This document shows, in pieces, positions 55,468-55,522 of a stretch of DNA of 55,522 nucleotides. The translations under genes were made by a program, and so were the position numbers. Where the stretch lies: positions 1 through 55,522 of the forward strand of contig OZ223498.1 of assembly GCA_965140785.1 (NCBI GenBank). Direction: 5' to 3'. Each line of letters starts with the position of its first letter. Within the stretch, counting starts at the first letter, position 1. Under the pieces are notes generated by a model that searched no databases, was not told the DNA's origin, and saw nothing but the letters and a program-made list of their open reading frames with translations. This stretch comes from an uncultured Ruficoccus sp. (lineage in GTDB: Bacteria > Verrucomicrobiota > Verrucomicrobiia > Opitutales > Cerasicoccaceae).

Positions 55468-55522
55468 TTACTCGACGTGCTCGCCCATGGCCTGCTTAAT
55501 GCGCGTCATGTTGCGCCGAACA
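55468..55522 (-). CDS. 3' end of a gene entering from the right edge
   Basis: ...VRRNMTRIKQAMGEHVE* with GC-biased codons; too short to identify. Confidence 0.4.
   Translation of the reverse strand, partial: VRRNMTRIKQAMGEHVE

Overview
GC-rich bacterial chromosomal segment with no prophage, CRISPR array, rRNA or intact transposase. Two PEP-CTERM proteins and the gene style suggest Verrucomicrobiota/PVC, which is inference only. It holds about 40 CDS and one tRNA-Arg(CCG). Recognisable genes include def, a purM-like AIR synthase, thrH, an Opp-type ABC operon with a fused permease, comM, a penicillin V acylase-like Ntn hydrolase, ytcA-mdtN-mdtO/P-like efflux genes, a GH63 glucosidase, rarA, lpdA, a beta-carbonic anhydrase and fucU. 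Several genes (kinase-like gene, hybrid histidine kinase, oppA, rarA) are broken by clustered indels that look like assembly errors. The best candidate for an undescribed system is an orphan MotA/ExbB/TolQ-like membrane protein (11728-13398) paired with a MotB/ExbD-like protein (14804-16312). The partner has the conserved TM Asp, a long coiled coil and a degenerate trypsin-like head, so the pair may be a new ion-driven motor. Other leads are an inner-membrane FUSC fused in frame to a lipobox-bearing TolC factor, an orphan UrtA-like binding protein plus a tandem-domain protein plus a chemoreceptor, a membrane pseudokinase with PEGA repeats, several structured intergenic RNA candidates and MITE-like palindromic elements. 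All calls come from reading motifs by eye; no searches were run.
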